This document shows, in pieces, positions 50,709 through 61,715 of a stretch of 64,000 bases of DNA; the stretch's first letter is position 1; the number at the start of each line of letters is the position of its first letter. This DNA comes from an uncultured Planctomycetales bacterium (lineage in GTDB: Bacteria; Omnitrophota; Gorgyraeia; Zapsychrales; Fredricksoniimonadaceae). The translations under genes and the position numbers were made by a program. Under the pieces are notes generated by a model. The model searched no databases, was not told where the DNA came from, and saw nothing but the letters and a program-made list of their open reading frames with translations. The DNA lies in assembly GCA_964520655.1 (NCBI GenBank), contig CAZFNI010000005.1:48852-112851 (forward strand), written 5' to 3'.

Positions 50709-50802
50709 TGCTGATATAGTACATTTATCAGCATATTCCCGCAATGAATTTTTCAATTATTGATTCTTGTTTATTCTGGCAAACATCGTTAATATAGTGG
50801 CC

Positions 50803-51498
50803 ATGCCTAAATTATTTTTGATCCCAAACTTTATCTCTGAGAATTCAAATGAAAGGCCGGCTTTTGACCCGCAAATAATAAGGCATATCAAACTGTTCTT
50901 TGTTGAGGAACCAAGATCTGCTCGTGCGCTGCTGCGGGTATTGATCCCAGATTTTCCTTTAAGTGAAGCAGTGATGGTCGAATTAAGCGAGCACTCTGGA
51001 TCAAAAGCAATACAAGAGTACGGGGTGATGCTGAAAGATCAGGATGCCGCCATTATCAGTGAATCTGGCTGCCCTTGTGTGGCTGACCCTGGGTCAGATC
51101 TAGTCCTTTACGCGCATGAGCTGGGAATAGATGTCATCCCCTTGGTTGGACCATCCTCGATACTGTTAAGTTTAATGGCCAGCGGACTTAACGGACAGAA
51201 TTTCGCCTTCAATGGGTATTTGCCAAAGGATGCTAACGAGCGACAGAAGAAGATCAAGTCTTTAGAACAGCGCGCGGCTAAAGAAGGGCAGACACAAATA
51301 TTCATGGATACACCCTACCGCAACACGCCCGTGTTGGAACAGCTGCTGGAGGTCTTGGAAGCATCGACCTTGTTATGCATTGCGCTGGATATTTCCGGTC
51401 CCCAGCAAATAATTCAGACGAGAACAGTGCAGGAATGGCGAAAGAAGAATCTTCAATTGCCCAAAAAACCGGCATTGTTTATAATAAACAAATCTTAA
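50803..51498 (+). CDS. tetrapyrrole-methylase-superfamily SAM-dependent methyltransferase (RsmI-like)
   Basis: [15 protein letters not shown]...[18 protein letters not shown]...FAFNGYLP matches RsmI/TP_methylase core motifs. Start at MPKLFLIP. Confidence 0.65.
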   Translation: MPKLFLIPNFISENSNERPAFDPQIIRHIKLFFVEEPRSARALLRVLIPDFPLSEAVMVELSEHSGSKAIQEYGVMLKDQDAAIISESGCPCVADPGSDLVLYAHELGIDVIPLVGPSSILLSLMASGLNGQNFAFNGYLPKDANERQKKIKSLEQRAAKEGQTQIFMDTPYRNTPVLEQLLEVLEASTLLCIALDISGPQQIIQTRTVQEWRKKNLQLPKKPALFIINKS

Positions 51499-51520
51499 TG
51501 ACACTCATTTAGGAGCCGCT

Positions 51521-54226
51521 ATGTCAAGTTTTGATAAATCATCCGTTAAAAAAACATTGACCGTCAATGCCTCAACCTACACCATTTATTCACTGCCCAA
51601 ATTAGCGAAAACCCTGAAGACCAGCATTGACCACTTGCCGTTCTCCATCCGGATCTTGCTTGAATCGGCGATCCGCAATTTTGATAATTATCAAGTTACT
51701 GAAAAAGACATCTCCACAATTCTCGGGTGGAAGCCCAATGAACTTAAAAGTGAGATCGCTTTTAAACCCGGGCGTGTCGTCCTGCAGGATTTCACGGGTG
51801 TTCCCTGTGTGGTTGATATGGCGGCCATGCGTGATGCGATGAAAAAATTAGGTGGCGATATCACCAAGATCAATCCCCAGGTCCAGTGTGATCTGGTCAT
51901 TGACCATTCTGTTCAGGTCGATGCCTTTGGGACAAAAGATGCCTTGGCGGAAAATGTGAAACTGGAGTTTGAACGCAATCGTGAACGTTACGAATTCTTA
52001 AAATGGGGGCAAAGCGCTCTTGAGAATTTCCGCGTTGTTCCGCCGGCCACAGGGATCGTCCATCAGGTGAATTTAGAATACCTGGCCAAAGGCGTATTAA
52101 AGAAAAAGATCAATAAAGAACAGGTCGCCTATCCGGACAGCTGCGTCGGTACTGATTCCCACACCACAATGATCAATGGTTTAGGCGTTGTCGGCTGGGG
52201 AGTCGGTGGTATTGAAGCCGAATCGGTCATGTTGGGTGAACCCATTTACATGCTACTGCCGGAAGTTGTAGGATTTAAAATAACTGGCGCGCTCAAGGAC
52301 GGCGTGACGGCAACAGATCTGGTTCTAACGGTTACTCAAATGCTGCGTAAAAAAGGTGTTGTCGAAAAGTTCGTAGAATTTTTCGGTCCAGGCTTGGCGC
52401 ATTTATCACTGCCGGATAGGGCTACCATTGCGAATATGGCGCCTGAATACGGGGCCACGATCGGTTTATTCCCTGTAGATCAGGAAACGTTGAACTTCCT
52501 TAAGCTTTCCGGCAGAACACCGGCAGAGGTGGCGCTCGTTGAAAAATATTACAAAGATCAGGGCTTATTCTATACGGATAAGACCAGTGCTCCTCAATAC
52601 AGCGATCTTCTTGAGCTGGACTTATCCACCGTAGAACCTTCACTAGCTGGCCCCAAGCGTCCACAGGATCGTGTCCCTCTTAAAGACCTTAAACAAAACT
52701 TTAAATCAACATTAACAGCAGATATTAAATCCCGTGGGTATGGACTATCAGAAGGGGATCTCTCTAGAACTCAAACGGTACAGGACCAAGGTAAAGAAAA
52801 TATCGGCCACGGTGCTGTCGTTATTGCGGCGATCACCAGCTGTACCAATACGTCCAATCCATCTGTCTTGATCGCTGCTGGCCTGTTGGCAAAAAAAGCT
52901 GTTGAAAAAGGATTGACCACACACAGTTATGTGAAGACTTCTTTTGCGCCAGGCTCCCAGGTTGTTTTAGATTATCTCAAAGACGCTGGATTAATGAAAT
53001 ATTTGGAAAAGCTCGGATTTAATATCGTCGGTTACGGATGTACGACCTGCATCGGCAATTCCGGTCCATTGCCTGAACCTGTCGCCAAGGCGGTGGTGGA
53101 AGGGAATCTGGTCGCTGCGGCTGTTTTATCAGGTAACCGCAATTTTGAAGGCCGCGTCAACCCTCATGCCAAGGCCAACTTCCTGGCAAGTCCACCGCTG
53201 GTTGTGGCCTATGCCTTAGCCGGTACAGTCAATCGTGATCTGATCAATGAACCGGTAGGACATGACACAAAAGGTAATGCGGTTTACTTGAAAGATATCT
53301 GGCCTGCCCAGAATGAGATCAATACCTTGGCAAAGAAATTTGTCAAAGCCGCCATCTTTAAAAAACGTTATAAGAATGTGGATAAAGGCAACAAGAATTG
53401 GAACGCGATCAAGTCCGCAAGATCCGACCTGTTCAATTGGGATGATAAAAGTACCTATATCCAAAACCCGCCGTATTTTGTGGGGATGGCTGCCAGTGCA
53501 TCACCTATCCAGCAAGTCAGGGGGGCACGCTGTTTGGTCATGGTTGCTGATTCCATCACAACAGACCATATTTCACCGGCAGGCTCAATTTCCAAGGACT
53601 CTCCAGCAGGTAAATTCCTGTTGGATAATGGCGTGGCTCCAAAAGATTTTAACCAATACGGGGCACGACGTGGTAATGACCGGGTCATGACCCGAGGGAC
53701 TTTCGCCAATATCCGTTTGCGTAATCTGATCGCACCTGGTACCGAAGGCCCGTGGACAACCTATTGGCCTGCTAATGAAAAATTATTCATCTATGACGCG
53801 GCCATGAAATATAAGGCTTCTAACACTCCACTGATCGTGTTAGCCGGGAAAGAATACGGCACAGGATCATCACGTGACTGGGCCGCCAAAGGCACAACAC
53901 TCCTTGGAGTAAAAGCCGTTATTGCGGAAAGTTTTGAACGCATTCACCGCAGTAATTTGGTGGGGATGGGGGTTCTGCCATGCCAATATAAGGACGGCGA
54001 GAACGCGGCATCTCTTGGTCTTAAAGGCGATGAAACATTCGATTTTCTAGATCTCAGTGATGCGCTTAGATCCCGTCAGGAATTAACCATTCAAGCTAAA
54101 TCTCCAGACGGCAGCACAAAACAATTCAAAGTTCTCTCCCGGGTCGATACGCCGGTTGAAGTGGATTATTTGCGTAACGGAGGTATTTTACAAACTGTCT
54201 TAAGAAAACTAGCCCAAACGAAATAA
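51521..54226 (+). CDS. acnA: aconitate hydratase A
   Basis: 901 aa. Fe-S ligands in CTNTSNP and [20 protein letters not shown] swivel-domain motif. Confidence 0.97.
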   Translation: MSSFDKSSVKKTLTVNASTYTIYSLPKLAKTLKTSIDHLPFSIRILLESAIRNFDNYQVTEKDISTILGWKPNELKSEIAFKPGRVVLQDFTGVPCVVDMAAMRDAMKKLGGDITKINPQVQCDLVIDHSVQVDAFGTKDALAENVKLEFERNRERYEFLKWGQSALENFRVVPPATGIVHQVNLEYLAKGVLKKKINKEQVAYPDSCVGTDSHTTMINGLGVVGWGVGGIEAESVMLGEPIYMLLPEVVGFKITGALKDGVTATDLVLTVTQMLRKKGVVEKFVEFFGPGLAHLSLPDRATIANMAPEYGATIGLFPVDQETLNFLKLSGRTPAEVALVEKYYKDQGLFYTDKTSAPQYSDLLELDLSTVEPSLAGPKRPQDRVPLKDLKQNFKSTLTADIKSRGYGLSEGDLSRTQTVQDQGKENIGHGAVVIAAITSCTNTSNPSVLIAAGLLAKKAVEKGLTTHSYVKTSFAPGSQVVLDYLKDAGLMKYLEKLGFNIVGYGCTTCIGNSGPLPEPVAKAVVEGNLVAAAVLSGNRNFEGRVNPHAKANFLASPPLVVAYALAGTVNRDLINEPVGHDTKGNAVYLKDIWPAQNEINTLAKKFVKAAIFKKRYKNVDKGNKNWNAIKSARSDLFNWDDKSTYIQNPPYFVGMAASASPIQQVRGARCLVMVADSITTDHISPAGSISKDSPAGKFLLDNGVAPKDFNQYGARRGNDRVMTRGTFANIRLRNLIAPGTEGPWTTYWPANEKLFIYDAAMKYKASNTPLIVLAGKEYGTGSSRDWAAKGTTLLGVKAVIAESFERIHRSNLVGMGVLPCQYKDGENAASLGLKGDETFDFLDLSDALRSRQELTIQAKSPDGSTKQFKVLSRVDTPVEVDYLRNGGILQTVLRKLAQTK

Positions 54227-54237
54227 GGGGAATCCTC

Positions 54238-54819
54238 ATGAAATTGCTTTATACCAAACGTTCGCCATTTGCCCGTAAAGTCAGGGTGGTTGCCTTGGAA
54301 AAGAATATCCATTTGGAATTCATTGACGAGGATCTTCAGAATAAATCGACCCAATTAAAGAAGGCCAATCCTATTGCGAAAGTCCCAACATTGATCACGT
54401 CTGACGGTGGATCTTTGTACGATTCTAAGGTCATTGTCCAGTATTTAGAATCCTGCTACCCAACTCCCGCGTTGATCCCGGCGGGTGAGAAACGATTCGA
54501 GGCCCTGAAATTGGAGGCCATGGCAGACGACTTGGTCGTCAATGCGATCAATGCCTATATGGAAAAGATCCGTCATCCCAAAGATCCGAGCCTTGCCTTC
54601 ATTGAAGGCCAGGAAGAATCGATCAAGAATGTTTTTGCTTATTTAGGGGATCATCTGGAATTATTGCATGAGTTTCATATTGGGACGATCAATGTGGCTT
54701 GCGCGATCGGCTATATCCATTTTCGTTTGCCTCATTTAAAGGCAAAGGGAAGGTTGTTAGAATGGTTTGAAAACATTTCTCAGCGCCAAAGTTTTGCGCA
54801 GACTGTGCCGGTGGCCTGA
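54238..54819 (+). CDS. glutathione S-transferase family protein
   Basis: Thioredoxin-like N-terminal GST domain (LYTKRSPFARKVRVVALEK...KVPTL) plus helical C-terminal domain. Confidence 0.8.
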   Translation: MKLLYTKRSPFARKVRVVALEKNIHLEFIDEDLQNKSTQLKKANPIAKVPTLITSDGGSLYDSKVIVQYLESCYPTPALIPAGEKRFEALKLEAMADDLVVNAINAYMEKIRHPKDPSLAFIEGQEESIKNVFAYLGDHLELLHEFHIGTINVACAIGYIHFRLPHLKAKGRLLEWFENISQRQSFAQTVPVA

Positions 54820-55310
54820 TGGCTAGACGTAAACTTGATTTCAGGCGCAACGAACCGGTGAAATTACCCAATGGACGTACCATCACCATCTCCTATATTG
54901 TCCATCCAGGGGCTGTCATCATTGCCCCATTCTTATCTAAAGATAAAGTTCTCTTCATTCGTCAATACAGACCAGCATTAAAGAAATATATCTATGAGCT
55001 TCCGGCGGGCACACTTGATCCTAACGAATCCTTAATGACCTGTGCCAAGAGGGAGTTGATCGAAGAAACAGGGTACCGCACATCCAGGATCAAAAAGGTC
55101 GGACAGATCTATCCGGTGCCTGGTTATTCAACTGAGATCATCCATATCTTTAAAGCAGAGAATTTAGTGAAGGGTGAAGCCCAGCCTGAAATATACGAAG
55201 TCATCAAATTGCACCCGTTGACAAGATCTGAAGTAATAAGATTATTTAAGAACGGCCAATTGCAGGATGCCAAAAGCATATGCGCGCTGACTTTTTGCGG
55301 ATGGCTTTAG
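54819..55310 (+). CDS. NUDIX hydrolase
   Basis: Canonical Nudix box AGTLDPNESLMTCAKRELIEETGY. Confidence 0.85.
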   Translation: MARRKLDFRRNEPVKLPNGRTITISYIVHPGAVIIAPFLSKDKVLFIRQYRPALKKYIYELPAGTLDPNESLMTCAKRELIEETGYRTSRIKKVGQIYPVPGYSTEIIHIFKAENLVKGEAQPEIYEVIKLHPLTRSEVIRLFKNGQLQDAKSICALTFCGWL

Positions 55311-55942
55311 CCGCGATCCCGTTGATTCTGCTGACAGCCTGCGCTCCGTTATTGCCACAGGCATTGCAGCACACAAACCCTCAAACACGGCAAGTCATTA
55401 TCGTCAATGCTAAAGGGATCACGGCGAACCTGTCTTTATGGGAAAAAGATCCAAAAGATGTCTGGGGGAGGAGATATCATTTTCCAGCAGTCATCGGCCG
55501 CAATGGACTGGCGGATCCAGGTGATAAAAAAGAAGGCGACGGGAAAACTCCCCAGGGTATCTATGATATCCGCCGTTCATTTGGCTATGATACCCACTTT
55601 TCAACAGGGATCGACTATACGCCTGTCACCCAGGAAGATAGATGGGTGGATGACCCACTATCCGCGGATTACAACACCTGGGTCAAACATACGACAGCTT
55701 CTTCATTTGAATCATTAAAAAGGAACGATGATCTATACCATGTTGCGGCGGTCATCGAATATAATACAATGGATATTAAAAAAGGGGCAGGCAGCGCCAT
55801 ATTCCTGCATATTTGGCGCACCTACTACAAACCAACGGCAGGGTGCGTTGCTCTCTCAAGCAGATCATTACGTAAGATATTAAGCCGTTTAAACAAGGAC
55901 GATCAACCTGTCATCATTATAGGAAATGCCCATGGATATTGA
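55304..55942 (+). CDS. L,D-transpeptidase (YkuD family) lipoprotein
   Basis: Lipobox LILLTAC. Catalytic SAIFLHIW...TAGCVAL (His...Gly-Cys) motif. The ORF-track start 55280 would overlap NUDIX by 31 nt. Confidence 0.8.
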   Translation, partial: ALAAIPLILLTACAPLLPQALQHTNPQTRQVIIVNAKGITANLSLWEKDPKDVWGRRYHFPAVIGRNGLADPGDKKEGDGKTPQGIYDIRRSFGYDTHFSTGIDYTPVTQEDRWVDDPLSADYNTWVKHTTASSFESLKRNDDLYHVAAVIEYNTMDIKKGAGSAIFLHIWRTYYKPTAGCVALSSRSLRKILSRLNKDDQPVIIIGNAHGY

Positions 55943-56213
55943 TCAGATCAATCCTTCACAGATTAATTCATTATTGCAGATCTCTGGGGTCACAACGGCC
56001 AATGGGGGGATCAATATCGCCGGCATTATCGCTAATCTGCTTTTTGGGACAATTGGATTTGTCGCGCTCATGTATGGTTGGAAGAATAAGGACCCCAAAC
56101 CGCTGGCGATCGGCCTTGCATTATCTGTATTCCCATTCTTTGTTTCTAATACTCTTTGGCTTTATGTGATCGGCACAGCACTGACGGCATTATTATATTT
56201 TTGGAGAGATTAA
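55932..56213 (+). CDS. small membrane protein (2 TM), unknown function
   Basis: Hydrophobic hairpin GIIANLLFGTIGFVALMYGW ... LALSVFPFFVSNTLWLYVIGTAL. Confidence 0.4.
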   Translation: MDIDQINPSQINSLLQISGVTTANGGINIAGIIANLLFGTIGFVALMYGWKNKDPKPLAIGLALSVFPFFVSNTLWLYVIGTALTALLYFWRD

Positions 56214-56216
56214 TTC

Positions 56217-56870
56217 ATGAAAAGCTCAAAAAAATTCGCAGTTGTTTTAGCTGGCTGCGGCAATAAGGACGGTGCCGAGATCCAGGAATCAGTGTTAACC
56301 TTGCTGGCCATTGACAAAGAAGGCCACACCTACCACTGTTTTGCACCTGATATTGACCAGTTCAGGGTCTTAAATTTTTTAACGAACCAGGAATTAAAAG
56401 AAAAACGCAATGTCTTGGTTGAGTCCGCGCGCATAGCTCGTTCTAAGATCCAGCCTTTATCCCAGTTCAATCCAGCCGATTTTGATATCTTGATCTTGCC
56501 TGGAGGTTCAGGAGTAGCCTATAATTTGTGTTCCTATGCGTTAAAAGGACCAGACATGGAGGTTCAAGCAGATGTCAAGCAGGCTGTAATCTCCATGCAC
56601 CAGGCCCAAAAACCCATAGGCGCGCTCTGTATTGCTCCCGTTATCCTTGCCAAGCTTATACCAGGCGTACACCTGACATTTGGCCAAGATCAAAAAGCCA
56701 ATGCTGCTTTTGCGGCCAGCGGCGTTAAAACTACGGATACTAAGCCCCAGGAGATCGTGATCGATACAACGAATAAAGTGGTCTCAACCCCATGTTACAT
56801 GGTTGATGCCAGGATCAGTGATCTGGCCACAGGCATTGAGAAATGCGTCAAAGCCCTGGCCGCTCTCTAG
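56217..56870 (+). CDS. elbB: DJ-1/PfpI-family protein, ElbB-like
   Basis: MKSSKKFAVVLAGCGNKDGAEIQESVLTLLAI matches the ElbB N-terminus. Nucleophile-elbow Cys (LCIAP). Confidence 0.8.
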   Translation: MKSSKKFAVVLAGCGNKDGAEIQESVLTLLAIDKEGHTYHCFAPDIDQFRVLNFLTNQELKEKRNVLVESARIARSKIQPLSQFNPADFDILILPGGSGVAYNLCSYALKGPDMEVQADVKQAVISMHQAQKPIGALCIAPVILAKLIPGVHLTFGQDQKANAAFAASGVKTTDTKPQEIVIDTTNKVVSTPCYMVDARISDLATGIEKCVKALAAL

Positions 56871-56882
56871 TTAACCCAACCG

Positions 56883-56911
56883 TTGACACATCCTCCAAAG
56901 GGACATATAAT
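56883..56911 (+). promoter_or_regulatory. perfect consensus sigma70 promoter TTGACA-N17-TATAAT upstream of leuC
   Basis: TTGACA at 56883-56888, 17-nt spacer, TATAAT at 56906-56911. RBS GAAGGGGG then ATG at 56938. Confidence 0.65.
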
Positions 56912-56937
56912 CTTAGCTTTAATTGAAGGGGGAAATT

Positions 56938-58338
56938 ATGGGTCAAACCATGTTTGAAAAGATCTGGAACGATCATTTGGTGCGGGATTCCCAAGGGGAC
57001 ACCTCGATCATCTATATTGATCTGCATTTAATTCACGAAGTGACGTCACCGCAGGCATTTGCGGCATTACGGGAAACAAAACGGACGGTCCGCAAACCGC
57101 ACAATACCTTTGCGACAATGGACCATAATGTCTCTACCAGAACCAAGGATATCACCAAGGTTGAGGCATCGTCCAGAAATCAAATGGACACCTTATCCAA
57201 AAATTGCCAGGAATTCGGCGTCAAATTGTATGATTTTGAAAGTGAAGACCAGGGTATCGTGCACGTTATCGGGCCGGAACAGGGATTGACATTGCCTGGG
57301 ATGACGATCGTCTGCGGTGATTCCCACACCGCGACCCACGGCGCTTTTGGCGCTTTGGCATTTGGGATCGGCACCTCTGAAGTAGAGCATGTCTTGGCTA
57401 CCCAAACATTGCAGCAGAACAAGCCCAAGACCATGCTGATCAATATTGAAGGGGACTTGCCCAAGGGTTCAACTGCCAAAGACATCATCCTGTATATCAT
57501 CGGTAAGATCGGAACAGCCGGGGGTACGGGGTATGTCATCGAATATGCCGGATCAACCATACGGTCATTATCCATGGAAGCCCGCATGACGATCTGCAAT
57601 ATGTCGATCGAAGCCGGCGCGCGCGCAGGGATGATCGCTCCAGATGATGTCACTTTTGAATATATCCAGGGTAAAGATTTCGCCCCCAAAGGTGCGGATT
57701 GGAATAAAGCCATTACCTATTGGAAAACTTTACCGTCGGATAAAGGCGCTAAATTCGACATGGTATTGAATTTAAAAGCAGCGGACATTAAGCCACAGGT
57801 GACCTGGGGGACAAGCCCGGGCCAAGTTGCCCCGATTGATGGGGTAGTCCCTGACCCGGAGAGTTTCACCAATCCGGTTGACCGCACAGCGGCAAGAAAT
57901 GCTTTATCCTACATGCAGTTAACACCGGGCACAAAGATCACGGACATCAAGATCGATAAGGTCTTTATCGGATCATGTACGAACGGGCGCATGGAAGACT
58001 TGCGCGCAGCCGCGCAAATGGTCATCGGCAAACGCGTGGCACCGGGTGTTACCGCCATTGTCGTCCCGGGTTCCGGCCGCGTCCGCAAACAAGCGATCAA
58101 AGAAGGTTTAGATAAGATCTTCTTAGACGCTGGATTTGAATGGCGTTATGCCGGATGTTCCATGTGTTTAGGCATGAACGACGACCAGTTGAAAAAAGGC
58201 GAGCGCTGCGCATCGTCAAGCAACCGTAACTTTGAAGGCCGACAAGGCCCAGGCGGATTGACCCATTTGATGGGACCAGAAATGGCAGCCATTGCCGCAT
58301 TGACAGGCAAGATCACTGATATCAGAAAATCAACTTAA
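56938..58338 (+). CDS. leuC: 3-isopropylmalate dehydratase large subunit
   Basis: Aconitase-family Fe-S ligands in GSCTNGR and GCSMCLGM motifs. Start [10 protein letters not shown]. Confidence 0.95.
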   Translation: MGQTMFEKIWNDHLVRDSQGDTSIIYIDLHLIHEVTSPQAFAALRETKRTVRKPHNTFATMDHNVSTRTKDITKVEASSRNQMDTLSKNCQEFGVKLYDFESEDQGIVHVIGPEQGLTLPGMTIVCGDSHTATHGAFGALAFGIGTSEVEHVLATQTLQQNKPKTMLINIEGDLPKGSTAKDIILYIIGKIGTAGGTGYVIEYAGSTIRSLSMEARMTICNMSIEAGARAGMIAPDDVTFEYIQGKDFAPKGADWNKAITYWKTLPSDKGAKFDMVLNLKAADIKPQVTWGTSPGQVAPIDGVVPDPESFTNPVDRTAARNALSYMQLTPGTKITDIKIDKVFIGSCTNGRMEDLRAAAQMVIGKRVAPGVTAIVVPGSGRVRKQAIKEGLDKIFLDAGFEWRYAGCSMCLGMNDDQLKKGERCASSSNRNFEGRQGPGGLTHLMGPEMAAIAALTGKITDIRKST

Positions 58339-58346
58339 GGACTCTT

Positions 58347-58964
58347 ATGGAACCATTTGTCACACATACCGGGATCTCACTGCCGCTTAATCGCGTCAAT
58401 GTCGATACCGACGCGATCATCCCCAAACAATTCTTACGTAAGATCGACCGTAAAGGTTTCGGCCAGCATTTGTTCCATGAATGGCGTTACCTGGATTATG
58501 AAGGAACTAAAGAGAATCCTGACTTCATCATGAACAAAGAACCCTATCGGAAAGCGACGGTCTTGTTAGCCCGGGATAATTTTGGCTGCGGCTCAAGCCG
58601 TGAACACGCGCCATGGGCTTTAGATGATTTTGGCTTTAAAGTCATCATCGCACCGAGTTTCGCGGATATTTTCTACAATAACTGCGTCAAGAACGGGATA
58701 TTACTTGTTCAATTAAAACCGGCTGAAGTGGATGCGTTGTTCCAATACGCAGAAAAGAATGTCGGCGCGACCATCACTGCTGATCTGCCGTCGCAAAAAA
58801 TATCCGCCGGCGGGAAGAAATATGATTTCATGATCAGCGCTTTTAATAAAGAATGTTTGATCAAAGGCTTAGACGGGATCGGCTGGACTTTGCAATTTGA
58901 AAGCCGTATCAGTGAATTTGAAAATAAGATACAGGATACTAAACCCTGGTTAGTGAGAAAATAA
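58347..58964 (+). CDS. leuD: 3-isopropylmalate dehydratase small subunit
   Basis: Aconitase swivel domain ([13 protein letters not shown]). Confidence 0.95.
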   Translation: MEPFVTHTGISLPLNRVNVDTDAIIPKQFLRKIDRKGFGQHLFHEWRYLDYEGTKENPDFIMNKEPYRKATVLLARDNFGCGSSREHAPWALDDFGFKVIIAPSFADIFYNNCVKNGILLVQLKPAEVDALFQYAEKNVGATITADLPSQKISAGGKKYDFMISAFNKECLIKGLDGIGWTLQFESRISEFENKIQDTKPWLVRK

Positions 58965-58965
58965 T

Positions 58966-60648
58966 ATGGCCGATACACGGAAATTTTCTTCAGTTGTTCT
59001 AGATGGCTACGACCGCGCCGCCTCACGCGCGATGCTAAGGGCAGTTGGTTTTAAAGACGGGGATTTCAAAAAACCACAGATCGGTATCGCCTCCACCTGG
59101 TCGGAAGTTACTCCCTGCAATGTGCATATCAATGACCTGGCCAAACATTCCGCTCAAGGCGTTAATGAAAATGGGGGAAAAGCTGTCACGTTCAATACGA
59201 TCACCATCTCTGACGGGATCTCCATGGGCTCTGAAGGGATGAAATATTCGCTTGTTTCCAGAGAAGTTATCGCGGATTCGATCGAGACAGTGGTGGGCTG
59301 CCAGGGATTTGACGGTTTTGTAGCCATAGGCGGATGCGATAAGAATATGCCCGGCTGTTTAATGGCCATGGCTAGACTCAATCGTCCCAGTGTTTTCGTC
59401 TATGGGGGGACGATCTTACCAGGTTGCTATGAGAATAAAAGTGTTGATATCGTCTCTGTTTTTGAGGCTGTAGGAAAATTTGCCGCCAAAACGATCACAG
59501 AAAAGCAATTGCATGAGGTGGAAAGCTGCGCCATACCTGGTCCAGGTTCCTGCGGTGGGATGTATACCGCCAACACCATGGCCTCGGCGATCGAAGCTTT
59601 GGGGATGAGCCTGCCTAACAGCTCTGCTCAGGCTGCCATATCTCAAGAAAAAATTGATGATTGTAAAGAAGCGGGAAAAGCTGTTTTGAATTTACTCAAG
59701 AAAAATATCCGTCCGCTGGATATCATGACCAAGAAAGCATTTGAGAACGCGATCACGGTCTTAACCGCTTTGGGTGGATCGACCAATGCGGTTTTGCATT
59801 TACCGGCGATGGCCCATGCGGCTGGCGTGAAATTATCGATCGATGATTTTACCCGCGTCGGCAAACGCGTTCCAGTGCTGGCAGATCTGAAACCATCCGG
59901 GCGTTTTGTGATGGCTGAACTGGTCAATATCGGCGGGACCTTGCCGCTCATGAAAATGCTGCTGGATAAAGGATTATTGCACGGCGACTGTATGACAGTG
60001 ACGGGCAAAACCTTGAGAGAAAATCTAAAGCATGTAAAACCGTATCCTGCAGGCCAGGAGATCATCCGTTCTTTTGATAATCCTATTAAGAAAGAAAGCC
60101 ACTTGGTCATCCTTTACGGAAATTTAGCCTCAGAAGGGGCTGTCGCCAAGATCTCGGGCAAGGAAGGTCTGCAATTTACAGGCACAGCCAAGGTCTATGA
60201 TTCTGAAGAAAAAGCCTTACAGGCGATCTTGGCCGGAAAGATCAAAAAAGGGAATGTGGTCGTTGTCCGTTACGAAGGCCCTAAAGGCGGACCTGGTATG
60301 AGAGAAATGTTGTCGCCAACTTCGGCCATTATGGGCCGCGGGTTAGGCAAGGATGTAGCCCTGATCACGGACGGTCGTTTTTCCGGCGGCAGCCACGGAT
60401 TTGTGGTCGGTCATATCACCCCTGAAGCTTATGTCGGCGGAACACTTGCCATTGTTAAGGACGGGGATATGATCACCATTGATGCCCAAAAGAGGACCAT
60501 TGAATTAAAGGTCTCCACATCTGAGATCAAAGCGCGCCTAAAAAAATGGAAGCAGCCGAAATCCAAATATACGCATGGTGTTCTGGCAAAATATGCTAAA
60601 CTTGTCAGTAATGCCTCACAAGGCGCAGTAACCGATAAGGATCTATAA
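58966..60648 (+). CDS. ilvD: dihydroxy-acid dehydratase
   Basis: CDKNMPG, SGGSHG and [21 protein letters not shown] family motifs. Confidence 0.95.
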   Translation: MADTRKFSSVVLDGYDRAASRAMLRAVGFKDGDFKKPQIGIASTWSEVTPCNVHINDLAKHSAQGVNENGGKAVTFNTITISDGISMGSEGMKYSLVSREVIADSIETVVGCQGFDGFVAIGGCDKNMPGCLMAMARLNRPSVFVYGGTILPGCYENKSVDIVSVFEAVGKFAAKTITEKQLHEVESCAIPGPGSCGGMYTANTMASAIEALGMSLPNSSAQAAISQEKIDDCKEAGKAVLNLLKKNIRPLDIMTKKAFENAITVLTALGGSTNAVLHLPAMAHAAGVKLSIDDFTRVGKRVPVLADLKPSGRFVMAELVNIGGTLPLMKMLLDKGLLHGDCMTVTGKTLRENLKHVKPYPAGQEIIRSFDNPIKKESHLVILYGNLASEGAVAKISGKEGLQFTGTAKVYDSEEKALQAILAGKIKKGNVVVVRYEGPKGGPGMREMLSPTSAIMGRGLGKDVALITDGRFSGGSHGFVVGHITPEAYVGGTLAIVKDGDMITIDAQKRTIELKVSTSEIKARLKKWKQPKSKYTHGVLAKYAKLVSNASQGAVTDKDL

Positions 60649-61715
60649 TGGCTGGGAACAGTTTTGGAGATTTATTTAAGATCACGACTTTTGGCGAAAG
60701 CCATGGCCCTGCCATCGGCGTTGTCATTGACGGAGTCATTCCTAAACTACCTTTAACTGAAGCCGACATTCAAGTTGACCTGGATCGCCGCCGTCCTGGG
60801 CAAAGCAAGATCACGACCCAGCGTAAGGAAGGCGATAAAGTTGAGATCCTTTCCGGTGTTTTCGAAGGGAAAACGACCGGCGCACCGTTGGCTTTATTGA
60901 TCCGCAACTTAGACCAGCGTTCCAAGGATTATGACAATATCAAGAATATTTTCCGCCCAGGCCATGCGGATTTCACTTATTTGACCAAATTTGGGATCAG
61001 GGATCACAGAGGCGGCGGCCGTTCATCAGGACGGGAAACAGCATGCCGCGTCGCTGCTGGGGCTGTAGCCAAAAAGATCCTGAAGAAACATAAGATCAAT
61101 ATCATTGTTTACACGTTAGCGGTCGGGGATATCTATGCACAGAATATCGACTACAAAGTCATAGAAAAGAATATTGTCCGAACAGCTGACGCTAAAGCCG
61201 CGCAGGCCATGATCGCGCGTATCGAAGAAGTGCGTAAGAACGGTGATTCGATCGGCGGTATTTTGCAATGTGTCATTAAAGGTGTCCCTGCCGGTCTAGG
61301 TGACCCCTGTTTTGATAAATTAAATGCCAAATTAGCCCAGGCGCTCATGTCCATCGCCACTGTTAAAGGCATCGAGTTCGGCGAAGGTTTTGGTGCCAGC
61401 GAAATGCTGGGCAGCCAGCATAATGATGTGTTCACGGCCGCATCGGGAAAACCCTCCTTGAAGACCAATCATGCGGGTGGGATCTTAGGCGGAATATCCA
61501 CAGGGGCGGACATTAATATCCGTTTGGCCCTTAAACCTCCATCATCTATTTCCCAAAAACAACGAACGATCAACGAAGATCTGGAAATTGTAGAAACACA
61601 GGTCAAAGGCAGGCATGATCCCTGCTTGTGTCCGCGCGTCGTTCCGGTCGCAGAAGCCATGATCGCATTGACGTTAGTCGACCGTTTAATGGTCAACCGC
61701 TCCTTATCGATCTAA
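60648..61715 (+). CDS. aroC: chorismate synthase
   Basis: GESHGPAIGVVIDG and GRSSGRETA signatures. ATGA-type overlap with ilvD. Confidence 0.95.
   Translation: MAGNSFGDLFKITTFGESHGPAIGVVIDGVIPKLPLTEADIQVDLDRRRPGQSKITTQRKEGDKVEILSGVFEGKTTGAPLALLIRNLDQRSKDYDNIKNIFRPGHADFTYLTKFGIRDHRGGGRSSGRETACRVAAGAVAKKILKKHKINIIVYTLAVGDIYAQNIDYKVIEKNIVRTADAKAAQAMIARIEEVRKNGDSIGGILQCVIKGVPAGLGDPCFDKLNAKLAQALMSIATVKGIEFGEGFGASEMLGSQHNDVFTAASGKPSLKTNHAGGILGGISTGADINIRLALKPPSSISQKQRTINEDLEIVETQVKGRHDPCLCPRVVPVAEAMIALTLVDRLMVNRSLSI

Noticed and set aside
55932-56213. TrbC/VirB2-like conjugative pilin
   Set aside because: The two-helix topology is superficially similar, but there is no signal-peptide cleavage context, no type IV secretion genes nearby, and the gene sits in a housekeeping operon.
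56912-56937. Leader peptide, attenuator or T-box riboswitch in front of leuC
   Set aside because: Only ~25 nt separate the -10 box from the ATG, too short for any attenuation structure.
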